This document shows, one piece after another, positions 12,820-23,926 of a stretch of 64,000 nt of DNA. Both the position numbers and the translations under genes were made by a program. The notes below the pieces were generated by a model that saw only the letters and a list, made by a program, of their open reading frames with translations, had not been told where the DNA came from and made no database searches. Source of the stretch: Lytechinus pictus (Eukaryota). Position 1 is the stretch's first letter; each line of letters starts with the position of its first letter. The stretch lies in assembly GCF_037042905.1 (NCBI RefSeq), contig NC_087246.1:6636001-6700000 (forward strand). The letters are read 5' to 3'.

Positions 12820-13368
12820 CCCTTTTTACACACGCTAAAATTTCCTTAACCCCGTACTATAGGTGGGGCTAAATTGCCATTTAGCCCCACCTATAGTACG
12901 GGGTTAAGCTTAGCCCACTTTCTTTTTACACAGCATTTTTGCAAAGTGGGCTAACCCCACCTTTAGTACGGGATTATTTGGCCCTGCAAAAAAGCAGGGT
13001 TATCCCAGCAATTGCGGTGCTAAGAGCGATAGTACGGGGTTAAGATCGCTAGTGTAAAACGAAAGTGGGCTAAGCTTAACCCCGTACTATAGGTGGGGCT
13101 ATATGGCAATTTAGCCCCACCTATAGTACGGGGTTAAGGAAATTTTAGCGTGTGTAAAAAGGTACGAGTGAAGTACTTGTACTACGAATGATCGACAAAA
13201 ACCACTAGTCCGGGGTTAGCGAGTTTCGTGTGTGAAAAGCAAGCATTCCTTATCCGGGGTTAGCGATAACAATTTGGCATGTGTGAAAAGGAAAAAAAAT
13301 AGTACGGGGTTAAGGATAGTACGGGGTTAGCGATAGTCCGCGGTTAAGAAAATCCTGTGTAAAAAGGG
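12820..13368. mobile_element. MITE with nested internal hairpins, TA-flanked
   Basis: TIR CCCTTTTTACACA...TGTGTAAAAAGGG with TA on both sides. Internal stem-loops at ~12845-12908 and ~13075-13138. Homologous to 34552-34979. Confidence 0.85.
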
Positions 13369-13593
13369 TAATTAAGTCCTACAGCGTTTGTATATGAGAC
13401 GCCGAATGTACCAATATTATATAGAACAATTATTTGTTATATAATCATTATTTATTAAATAATAACTATTATTTATATATAATTTACATTTTATTTGTAA
13501 ATAACTACTATCATATAAAATATCATTTCTAATTATTTATATATAATTCCAAGTAATACTTCATTATTTGTAAATAATAATAGTTCGACATTC

Positions 13594-13982
13594 CATTATT
13601 TATAAATAATGATTATTTGTTTTTCATTATTTATAAATAATGATTATTTGTTTTTCATTATTTATAAATAATGATTATTTGTCTTTCATTATTTACAAAT
13701 AATGATTATTTGTTTTTCATTATTTATAAATAATGATTATTTGTTTTTCATTATTTATATATAATGATTATTTGTTTTTCATTATTTACAAATAATGATT
13801 ATTTGTTTTTCATTATTTATAAATAATGATTATTTGTTTTTCATTATTTATAAATAATGATTATTTGTTTTTCATTATTTATAAATAATGATTATTTGTT
13901 TTTCATTATTTACAAATAATGATTATTTGTTTTTCATTATTTATAAATAATGATTATTTGTTTTTCATTATTTATAAATAAT
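13594..13982. repeat. 31-bp tandem array (12 full units plus a partial), left arm of foldback element
   Basis: Unit CATTATTTATAAATAATGATTATTTGTTTTT, which contains an 18-bp perfect palindrome. Confidence 0.95.
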
Positions 13983-15122
13983 TTGTTGAGTTTTCCATTA
14001 TTTATAAATAATGATTATTTGTTAAATAATGAAAACGTCTACTTCATTATTTATAAATAATTTTTTCGAGTGCACCATTATTCTCATTATTTATAAATAA
14101 TCATTATTTAATGTTCGAGTTTTCCATTATTTATAAATAACCATTATTTATTAAATAATGCCATTATTTATTAAATAATGCCATTATTTATTAAATAATG
14201 CCATTATTTATTAAATAATGGAAAACTCGCTATAACATGCAAATGTGGGACCGCCCATGATATGAATATTCATGATGCGATTTCCTTTTTCGTGATTTTT
14301 CTTCACAAATTTTTGTCCATTTCCTCTTCATAATGACATTTCTTGAAGCAATTTTCTAGGGATATGGTCTGATTGTAATATTCTTCATTTTCTATATAAC
14401 TTCGTCTTCGTAGAAATATCAAAAAGTGTAATTTTATACGATTTTTCCTACAGTTCACAATCCCCATAGGCGCGCGTGTACGGTAGGGACAACCGGTGAA
14501 TCGACGGAGTGCTCTTCATCGAAATACTACGTTGGTTCGTCCCCGGAAGTGGCGGGCGGAATTTAGCCCGAATCCTCGATGGAAGTCGATCAAGTGAAAA
14601 GTAGAAGGGCCTGTACAAGTACACTGATATATCAGTGTACTTGTACAGGCCCTTCTACTTTTTATAAATATTTCTTGTTGCTTTTTTTGTTAAGTTAATT
14701 TTTCCTGGTGTAGAGATAAGTTTCAGTTCTAATAATGCACTTCAAATACATTTTGGAGTGTCTAGCTGTTTGAGGCGTTTGGGGCGATTTCACCCTGGCC
14801 CCAAAATGCTCGCAACGACAATACGGGGGCATGATGATGACCCCTAAATTTTTAAAAACTTATTTTTCTATTGAAAATTATCACAAAATTCACCAAAAGT
14901 GTGCACGAAAGCCTTCGTATTTCACTTTTAAAACTCCAAAAAGTGCCCAAATGACAAGCTTGGTCGCTTCGCTGTGTCGCTTTCAACTTGAGAACGTTTA
15001 CGCGTCTGCTCCGGCCCCCCCCCCCTCCTCCGAAAGAAATTCTGTATACGGCCATGCTCTAAAGAGCCTGGCACATTGATTTATGTATACTTTCATTTTC
15101 ATTATTTTAATCTCATTATCAA

Positions 15123-16162
15123 CATGGCCTTGCGCAGAATTTTTTCCAGGGGGGCCGGGGCCGGAGCATGACGCGCGTAAACTTTCTCAAAAAAATCTTG
15201 AAAGCGAGACAGCCACGGGACCAAGCCCAAATGACAAGCTTTGTCGCTTCGCTGTCTCGCTTTCAACTTGAGAACGTTTACACGCGTCTGCCCCCACCCC
15301 CCGAAAGAAACTCTGTGAACGGCCATGCTCAAAAGAGCATATGGCACATTGATTTATGTATACTTTCATTTTCATTATTTTTATCTCATTATCAACATGG
15401 CCTTACGCAGAATTTTTTCCAGGGGGGCCGGGGCCGGAGCATGACGCGCGTAAACTTTCTCAAAAAAATCTTGAAAGCGAGACAGCCACGGGACCAAGCC
15501 CAAATGACAAGCTTTGTCGCTTCGCTGTGTCGCTTTCAACTTGAGAACGTTTACGCGTCTGCTCCCCCCCCCCCCCTCCTCCGAAAGAAATTCTGTATAC
15601 GGCCATGCTCTAAAGAGCCTGGCACATTGATTTATGTATACTTTCATTTTCATTATTTTTATCTCATTATCAACATGGCCTTACGCAGAATTTTTCCAGG
15701 GGGGCCGGGGCCGGAGCATGACGCGCGTAAACTTTCTCACAATTAAAATCTTGAGAAAGCGCGAAGCGACCAAGCTTGTCATTTGAGCTTGGTCGCGTCG
15801 CTGTCTCGCTTTCAAGATTTTTTTGAGAAACTTTACACGCGTCCTAGCTGCTCCCCCCCCCCCGGTAAAAATTCTGTGTAAGGCCATGATGATAATGTGA
15901 TAAAAATAATGAAAATGAAAAGTACATATAAATCAATGTGCCATATGCTCTTTTGAGCATGGCCGTTCACAGAGTTTCTTTCGGGGGGTGGGGGCAGACG
16001 CGTGTAAACGTTCTCAAGTTGAAAGCGAGACAGCGAAGCGACAAAGCTTGTCATTTGGGCTTGGTCCCGTGGCTGTCTCGCTTTCAAGATTTTTTTGAGA
16101 AAGTTTACGCGCGTCATGCTCCGGCCCCGGCCCCCCTGGAAAAAATTCTGCGTAAGGCCATG
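15123..16162. repeat. Tandem and inverted array of ~205-215-bp CATGGCC..GGCCATG MITE units with ~68-bp spacers, forming the core of the foldback element
   Basis: Units at 15123-15327, 15396-15607, 15674-15888 (central) and 15958-16162 (inverted); period 273-278 bp. Confidence 0.9.
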
Positions 16163-17292
16163 TTGATAATGAGATAAAAATAATGAAAATGAAAGTATAC
16201 ATAAATCAATGTGCCAGGCTCTTTAGAGCATGGCCGTATACAGAATTTCTTTCGGAGGAGGGGGGGGGGGGCCGGAGCAGACGCGTAAACGTTCTCAAGT
16301 TGAAAGCGACACAGCGAAGCGACCAAGCTTGTCATTTGGGCACTTTTTGGAGTTTTAAAAGTGAAATACGAAGGCTTTCGTGCACACTTTTGGTGAATTT
16401 TGTGATAATTTTCAATAGAAAAATAAGTTTTTAAAAATTTAGGGGTCATCATCATGCCCCCGTATTGTCGTTGCGAGCATTTTGGGGCCAGGGTGAAATC
16501 GCCCCAAACGCCTCAAACAGCTAGACACTCCAAAATGTATTTGAAGTGCATTATTAGAACTGAAACTTATCTCTACACCAGGAAAAATTAACTTAACAAA
16601 AAAAGCAACAAGAAATATTTATAAAAAGTAGAAGGGCCTGTACAAGTACACTGATATTTCACTCTCTCAGCTCATATGCACTTGATCGACTTCCATCGAG
16701 GATTCGGGCTAAATTCCGCCCGCCACTTCCGGGGACGAACCAACGTAGTATTTCGATGAAGAGCACTCCGTCGATTCACCGGTTGTCCCTACCGTACACG
16801 CGCGCCTATGGGGATTGTGAACTGTAGGAAAAATCGTATAAAATTACACTTTTTGATATTTCTACGAAGACGAAGTTATATAGAAAATGAAGAATATTAC
16901 AATCAGACCATATCCCTAGAAAATTGCTTCAAGAAATGTCATTATGAAGAGGAAATGGACAAAAATTTGTGAAGAAAAATCACGAAAAAGGAAATCGCAT
17001 CATGAATATTCATATCATGGGCGGTCCCACATTTGCATGTTATAGCGAGTTTTCCATTATTTAATAAATAATGGCATTATTTAATAAATAATGGCATTAT
17101 TTAATAAATAATGGCATTATTTAATAAATAATGGTTATTTATAAATAATGGAAAACTCGAACATTAAATAATGATTATTTATAAATAATGAGAATAATGG
17201 TGCACTCGAAAAAATTATTTATAAATAATGAAGTAGACGTTTTCATTATTTAACAAATAATCATTATTTATAAATAATGGAAAACTCAACAA

Positions 17293-17681
17293 ATTATTTA
17301 TAAATAATGAAAAACAAATAATCATTATTTATAAATAATGAAAAACAAATAATCATTATTTGTAAATAATGAAAAACAAATAATCATTATTTATAAATAA
17401 TGAAAAACAAATAATCATTATTTATAAATAATGAAAAACAAATAATCATTATTTATAAATAATGAAAAACAAATAATCATTATTTGTAAATAATGAAAAA
17501 CAAATAATCATTATATATAAATAATGAAAAACAAATAATCATTATTTATAAATAATGAAAAACAAATAATCATTATTTGTAAATAATGAAAGACAAATAA
17601 TCATTATTTATAAATAATGAAAAACAAATAATCATTATTTATAAATAATGAAAAACAAATAATCATTATTTATAAATAATG
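17293..17681. repeat. 31-bp tandem array, right arm (mirror of 13594-13982)
   Basis: Reverse complement of the left array, including the variant units. Confidence 0.95.
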
Positions 17682-18355
17682 GAATGTCGAACTATTATTA
17701 TTTACAAATAATGAAGTATTACTTGGAATTATATATAAATAATTAGAAATGATATTTTATATGATAGTAGTTATTTACAAATAAAATGTAAATTATATAT
17801 AAATAATAGTTATTATTTAATAAATAATGATTATATAACAAATAATTGTTCTATATAATATTGGTACATTCGGCGCCTCATATTTGTATTGCCAATGCAG
17901 CGGTAGTGTAGATTGTGTCTGCATGAGCTGATCATACGGGGAGCTAGCATTGCACATCAGTACGCATGGACACAATAGCCGAATAGCCTACTCTCTGTTT
18001 GATCAGATTTGAACATTCATATTTGTCAAGTTCATGAACTAGACGTTGAGTACGACCCTGTGCAAACAACATGCAAATACACCTCTCTTTTATATAGATG
18101 TGATATCATGAAAACTGTATTCAGACTAGTATATACTGTCCGCTGCATGTATAAAATCCAGTATCCATGGCAAATGCCATGTCCATAATGTATGCTTCTC
18201 CAAGTTATAGACTCAACAATATACTGCGGTTAGTCAAGTTTGTATCCATAGAGCAGACAAACGCTCAGAACCATAATTCACCACCGTGCCCCGGCACCGT
18301 GCATGTCGTTATGATCAGAACTATATTATTCTTGGTTGATAACAATCATACTCAC

Positions 18356-18430
18356 CTTAATTTACCAGTGGAACATTATTGACCAAACGTCGAAATGATA
18401 GACAGACTGCAATATGACGTCTGCTTCAGG
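18356..18430 (-). other. Putative non-coding first exon of the TPMT-like gene
   Basis: Consensus donor AAG|gtgagtatg on the minus strand at 18356/18355. The 5' boundary is a guess. Confidence 0.5.
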
Positions 18431-18708
18431 CAGAAAAATTGAAAAACTTATATCGTAACTCTTCTGTTATTACCACTGCAATGAACAAGTGGAAGGGATC
18501 GAACTTGAATGGTAGTAATGCAAAGCTATTGATATTTCAATTCATTTATAAATGGTTTGGTCGATATTAACGGATCGCTGCACATTACTAAGTGTACAAT
18601 ATGTCGATGCATTCCATATAATAGTGGTTTACAGAAATAACTAATTTCTATTTTAATGGAATAAATGACACAGTGAGTGATTCGTAATACAGATTTGCTT
18701 GTTCACAG

Positions 18709-18815
18709 ATAATGATAACAACAACAACAACAACAATAATAATAATAATAATAATGATAATAATGATAATAATAATAATAAAAATAATGATGATAATAAT
18801 AACAATAACAATAAT
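18709..18815. repeat. (AAT/AAC/GAT)n microsatellite
   Basis: Seen directly in the sequence. Confidence 0.95.
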
Positions 18816-19759
18816 ATTTTTTTTCATATACATCTCCTATGCATAAACGCATATAAAGTACTACGATCTCTCACTTTTTTTGTGACGAGGCCTACCACGA
18901 AACGTGCATGGTTATGCAGTGACATGAACTATTATTTGGATGTCCCATTCCCACATTGTGTGAGGGAACGAAGCGATCTGGATAATTATAAGAGAGAAAA
19001 TGATTCACGACCCCCACAAAGGGAGAAAGTGTGAACTTCTGATATCACTTTCGGAATATCTATCACAAAGTTTAATGTTTATTTTTTTTAAAGGTTAGGG
19101 TCACGGGAACTATTTTTAACAGAGGGTTCTGGTTGAAATTTGACAAGCAAAAAAAGGGGGTTCACTAAAAAATAAAGGTCATTTGGATCACGAGTAATTT
19201 GCCAAGCAAAAAAAAGGGTTCCGCAACAAAATGCAGGTAATTAAATTTCTGATATTAAGCATACCTATACCAGGGGGTGCTGCCTATAGTGAATAATATA
19301 GGCCTACGCAGCACTCTCCCATCCCAGCTAAATCTTGGAAGCACTTCAGCACCCCTGCTTCCCAAAGCCATTAAAAGGGTCAAAAAATTTCGCTCAATCG
19401 TGCTTTTTTTTCTTATTATTAGTATTGAATAGAAATTTGCCTCTTGTGCCCTGTTCTGCCCTTCAAAGTTATCATAATAAGACAATTATTTTTCAAGGCA
19501 CAAGACGTGTTCTTATCAACATGATTATTATTTGTGTAGGTCCGTAAACTGTGAAACAATTTATCTAAAGGCATAATGCACCATCTTTGAATTGCTTTAA
19601 GACAAATCTTAAGAAAAAAAACTTACGTCCAATCCCTAACTTAAGTGATTTGCTTTATTTCAGTTGTGGGACGATTGTTTTTACGATTTATTTACTGTTT
19701 TTATTTGATATAATGTACATAAAGTTGCCCCGTATTTGTTTTCGTTTTTTCCTTTGTAA

Positions 19760-19930
19760 CAGGGGCCGCGGAACGGTTTTCAAAGTGGGGCGGGCTGAGC
19801 CAAAAGTGGGGGGCTGACCATGCTAAAAATCACAATCATATGGTAATTTTTACGTTTTTGTAAACGGTTTTGGAAAAAAGTGGGGGCCGAAGCCCCCCCC
19901 CCCCCCCAGCCCCCGGTTCCGCGGCCCCTG
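19760..19930. mobile_element. MITE with 5-bp TSD (hAT5-like)
   Basis: TIR CAGGGGCCGCGGAAC...GTTCCGCGGCCCCTG; TGTAA on both sides (19755-19759 and 19931-19935). Confidence 0.88.
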
Positions 19931-20179
19931 TGTAATGTAATGTACTTTGTAAGTTTTTTTTTCATGTAGGCCTATTATATCTTTATTGTATATATGTCAA
20001 TATGCACTCGTCACAAGTTTTGCTTACTGAGTTGCTACCTCCATTATTGCAAAAATTTTGAAACTGTGTTAATGCTTTTATCTTTGGAAATACATGTTGA
20101 AATGAATTGAATTGAATCGAATTGAATTAATGATGACGATGTCGATTCACAACTGCATAAAACTAAAAGAGATGTCTCT

Positions 20180-20457
20180 AGACTAATTTGCGTCAATCGA
20201 GGTAGATAAATTTATCCACTTCTATATATGGCGTCAATCCGGATCTCTCACAAAATGGTTCTGAGCCCTCTACCGGGAATAATAAAACGTCGTCTGCTGC
20301 TACGAGACGGAGTACTAGGCTAGCTGTGTGCGTTGTTTAATCCGGGTCTCTATACACAGAAACAGTACACTCGGCCAGTTTATTGGACGACTACAATGCA
20401 AAACGCGGCAAAGACGTCGAAAATGTGAAGCAGTTTTGATCATCTGAATGTGAAAAC
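20180..20457 (+). promoter_or_regulatory. Probable promoter and non-coding first exon of the plus-strand gene
   Basis: Locally CpG-rich; two GCGTCAATC copies (~20190, ~20232), CAAAATGG, and ATTGG (reverse CCAAT) at 20382; donor AAC|gtaagt at 20457/20458. Confidence 0.55.
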
Positions 20458-20707
20458 GTAAGTATAGGTTTCCTTTTATGTGATGTTAAATCTTTCAAGC
20501 GCTAATACCCTAATTTGAACTGTGAATTTCGTTTGGATGTTGATAATAATTAATATGGCTATCCGGATGGCTATGCCTCAGGGGCCTCGGTCATGTGGCC
20601 TGGCTGTGGCTGTTGTATGTTGAGTGTTGCAAGGAGAGGTGATATCTCCTTGGTTGAAGGCAATGAGCTGTATTAAAACCAAGGCAATGTCTCCCATTCT
20701 GCATCAG

Positions 20708-20991
20708 GGGCCGATTGCCCGAAAGGGTCTTTTTGCAAGGACCGTCTTTCGTGTCGCCCATTTTTTATGATGCGCCATGTGAAACGCATTTCAAATAAAT
20801 TATCAGCAAACATATTTTATTCGTCCGTTAAAATAAACAAAATATTTGTGATATATCATGAAATTGTATAAAATTTGATCTAAAAGCAAGCTTACGAATT
20901 TTACTTGTTTATGATAAATTTCAGAAACACCTCGCTTATAGCGCATCATAAAAGATGGGCGACACGAAAGACCCTTTCATGCAATCGGCCC
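20708..20991. mobile_element. PIF/Harbinger-like MITE
   Basis: TIR GGGCCGATTGC...GCAATCGGCCC, CAG on both sides, extended internal inverted repeat. Confidence 0.8.
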
Positions 20992-22936
20992 CAGGGAGCT
21001 GGGAAAGCTATAGCCTGCGACTAGGAGTTCTGTCTTGGGTTAGGAGAGCTGGGGCCTTCCCCAAGACTCATTCAGCTAGGTGCTAATTTAGACTGAAAGT
21101 TTCAGTCTCTGTGTTGTTGGTTGTTTCTCTTGATTACCGGTATTCATAGAGGAGAAAGAAAAAAGTTTTTGAAATATTTCAAAATTCTTCCAAAGAGACT
21201 GATTTCAACTGTAGAGGTGCTAGGGAGGTCAAGGTCATTTCTGTCTCAGCTTTAAGAAAATCCAAATATTTTGTAATTGATAAATAACTAGGAATAGACC
21301 TAGTAGGATTTCAAACAAACTTCAAGCATATTGGTCACCAGAAAGGCAGAAGCACAACGAACTTGTCCCATAGGCCTACCTTCTTTCAAAGTTTTATTTT
21401 AATTTTCAGCCCAAAATAGATGGATCCTCACTTTTTTCAAAAGATTTTATACTCATACTCTTCACCAATGAAATATGAGGAAAGAGCAAAGTAAAGACAT
21501 GAAACAATGTACATAAATGTGATTTGACATTTTCAGTTTCCTATAATTTTAGCACAGAGTTAGTCCATGACTGAAGTTTAGAATATGGGCTAGTTTTATT
21601 GTTTTCCCCAAATTATGTTTCTGATCAACTTAATACAAGTGTGTTTTAAATGATACCAAGCTGAACTACATTTGTTACATGACTGTATAATGTAATGTTG
21701 TATTTTCAATTTTTCCAACAGAAAATAAAATATGTAGACCTGAAATGTCTTTCAGGTAGAGGGATGTGTGGCATAGTGCTTCCCTGGGTGTTAACCAATG
21801 ATATTATTTTGTAAGAAAGCAGAGATTTTGACCAGATATCAAGAGAACAATTGTGTATTTTTTATGAAAAGGAGCAAAATAAAACTTTCAGGTAAACTTG
21901 CAAAATCTTTTGAGAAAAACGTTTTCTGTTAAATTATATCCTTCAATTCATTATTGTTTTAGGGTAAAGTAATATAGGAATTGATTGTGATTGTAACATG
22001 AACTTTTGGGAGATATGTACCAAAACTAATAGTAAATAATAGGCTTTCATCACAACCATATCACTTTCAAGTCACCAGAAAAAAAGAATAAAATTAATTC
22101 AAGAAATTATTCTTGTGAATTTCTAAAAATTACAGTTTTGCCCTCGATGAGTGCTCATTCATACATGAGGAAAAAAGGAAAAAATACATGACCTGATGGA
22201 TTAAATTTATTTCAATCATAACTAAGTTATATATTTGGGAAGAACATTTTATTTAAGAAGTAGAACAGTTTGATTTTATGGGGAACTTGATTGCCCCTTC
22301 TCCCCTGTATTCACTGACAATGTGTTGTATTGTTCTTTGAGATACATGTATGACTTTTACCTATTCAAATATAATACATATACCTTACTCATTTTAAACT
22401 GAAGATTTCTTTCCTTGTATTTTTTGGGAGTCAAACCTATGATTAGGATTACTTGGCACATAACCAGGGGGAAGCGGCAGGGAGCATGTGCCCCCACCAA
22501 AACAAGTCCAATGTCTGTAAAAAAATGATATTGTTATGAAGGAAATTCCTACATACCATACCGAGATGGTGAATTAATGTCAGTTCAACATTTTGTAACT
22601 TATTCCACTTAGACAAGCAACATTTTTCTATAAGAAAGGGTGTATACCCCGTCCGCCCCCCCCCCCCCCAACACATTGAGCTCTAGCTACACCCCTGATG
22701 ATATTACACTTTGAAACATGCGGCCACCATGTTAGAACTAGTCCAACCCAATTATGACAGATTCATCACCTGACACCCATGCTTCATATTTTACCCCCTG
22801 CAGTGCTCCCCCCAATTCCCCCTTCCTCCAGACCAACCTGTGTTCAAAACAATAACATTTCATCTATTATGCCATGTTAAAGGCAGGGTTACATTAATGA
22901 CTCTAAACAACATTTGCTCTGTTGCTGTGATAATAA

Positions 22937-23425
22937 AAGGAGAATGAGAATGCTGGTGTAAAAGTGGAAAAATCAAAGAAAAAGAGCACCAAGAATCTTC
23001 AAATTGAACAAAACAGTAAGAAATATGAGCAAAACAATGATGAGAGCACTATATTGTTCTCCCATTAATGCAAACAAGATCTGTAATATCACACATACAA
23101 TTCTCCCCCTTTGGACACTAAAAATATACCTCTGAAAATATGTTTTGTTTTTGCTCATTCTAATGATAGAACAAATAATCCATGATATGATGTTGTGAAA
23201 TCTGCATGTCTTCTTTTGAAAAAGAACACATGATGATGTGAGAGACAAAGATTACAGTGAAATCTGTACTAAAGTAAATAGGAAGTTGTACCTGTCTCAT
23301 CAGTTATTATGAGCATTGTTTGTCAAACTTTATTATTCATTTAATCTTCCTCGAACTCGATCTGTTTCTTTTATTTTTCTCTTATGTAAATTCAACTGGT
23401 TCTAATGATTTGATTCTCCTTCAAA
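22937..23425. mobile_element. Decayed copy of the Kolobok-like element at 54480-55063
   Basis: AGGAGAATGA...ATTCTCCT ends; shared internal CCCCTTTGGACACTAAAAATATAC and TTTGCTCATTCTAAT. Confidence 0.65.
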
Positions 23426-23926
23426 AGAATGACTGCAAGAAAATGTTGAAATGCACTCTCATAGAAATAAACATTTGAAACATTAAAGAACTTATCTATC
23501 ATAAAGGGCATAAGTGCTCGTTTAATTGTGATTGAATGAAAAGATGGTGTTGGAAAACAAACAACATGATTTTTTCAAAACATGATAAAAAGTTTTTCAG
23601 TTACAAATATATTTTTGTTGGTTTATCAGAATTGGCAGTAACTAAAAAAAATAAAGAAATGTAAAATTTTCTCTTCTTACACTTGAACGATAATGCTTAT
23701 TTTTCATGGAGTTTCTTACTGTGAACCAATTGAATGTGATATTTTTTTGACGAAATATTGCCCAAATATGACTTGTTCTGGCACATATTTGAGTTGACCG
23801 TTTCTCTTTACTGAACAAAAAAAAACAATGAGAAACCTGAATACATAATAAATTCACTTAGAAAAGCACAGTTGCATGCAATTATAATTAATGCCACTTG
23901 CTGGGAAAAATTCATGAATTGCTATA

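Larger units (their letters stand above)
13393..17882. mobile_element. Giant foldback (near-complete palindrome) non-autonomous DNA transposon, IS3EU-like termini
   Basis: Termini TATGAGACGCCGAATGTAC...GTACATTCGGCGCCTCATA; TTTGTA duplicated at 13387-13392 and 17883-17888; near-identical inverted arms of about 2.1 kb; no credible ORF. Confidence 0.93.

Noticed and set aside
13594..13982. CRISPR-like array of palindromic repeats
   Set aside because: The intervening sequences are identical rather than unique spacers, the context is eukaryotic, and there are no cas genes.
14831..16455. Cluster of 60-190-aa ORFs on both strands
   Set aside because: They are mirrored translations of the MITE tandem units in the palindrome, with no transposase motif or splice-consistent model.
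18648..19034. Poly-Asn and poly-Ile ORFs
   Set aside because: Translations of an (AAT)n microsatellite.
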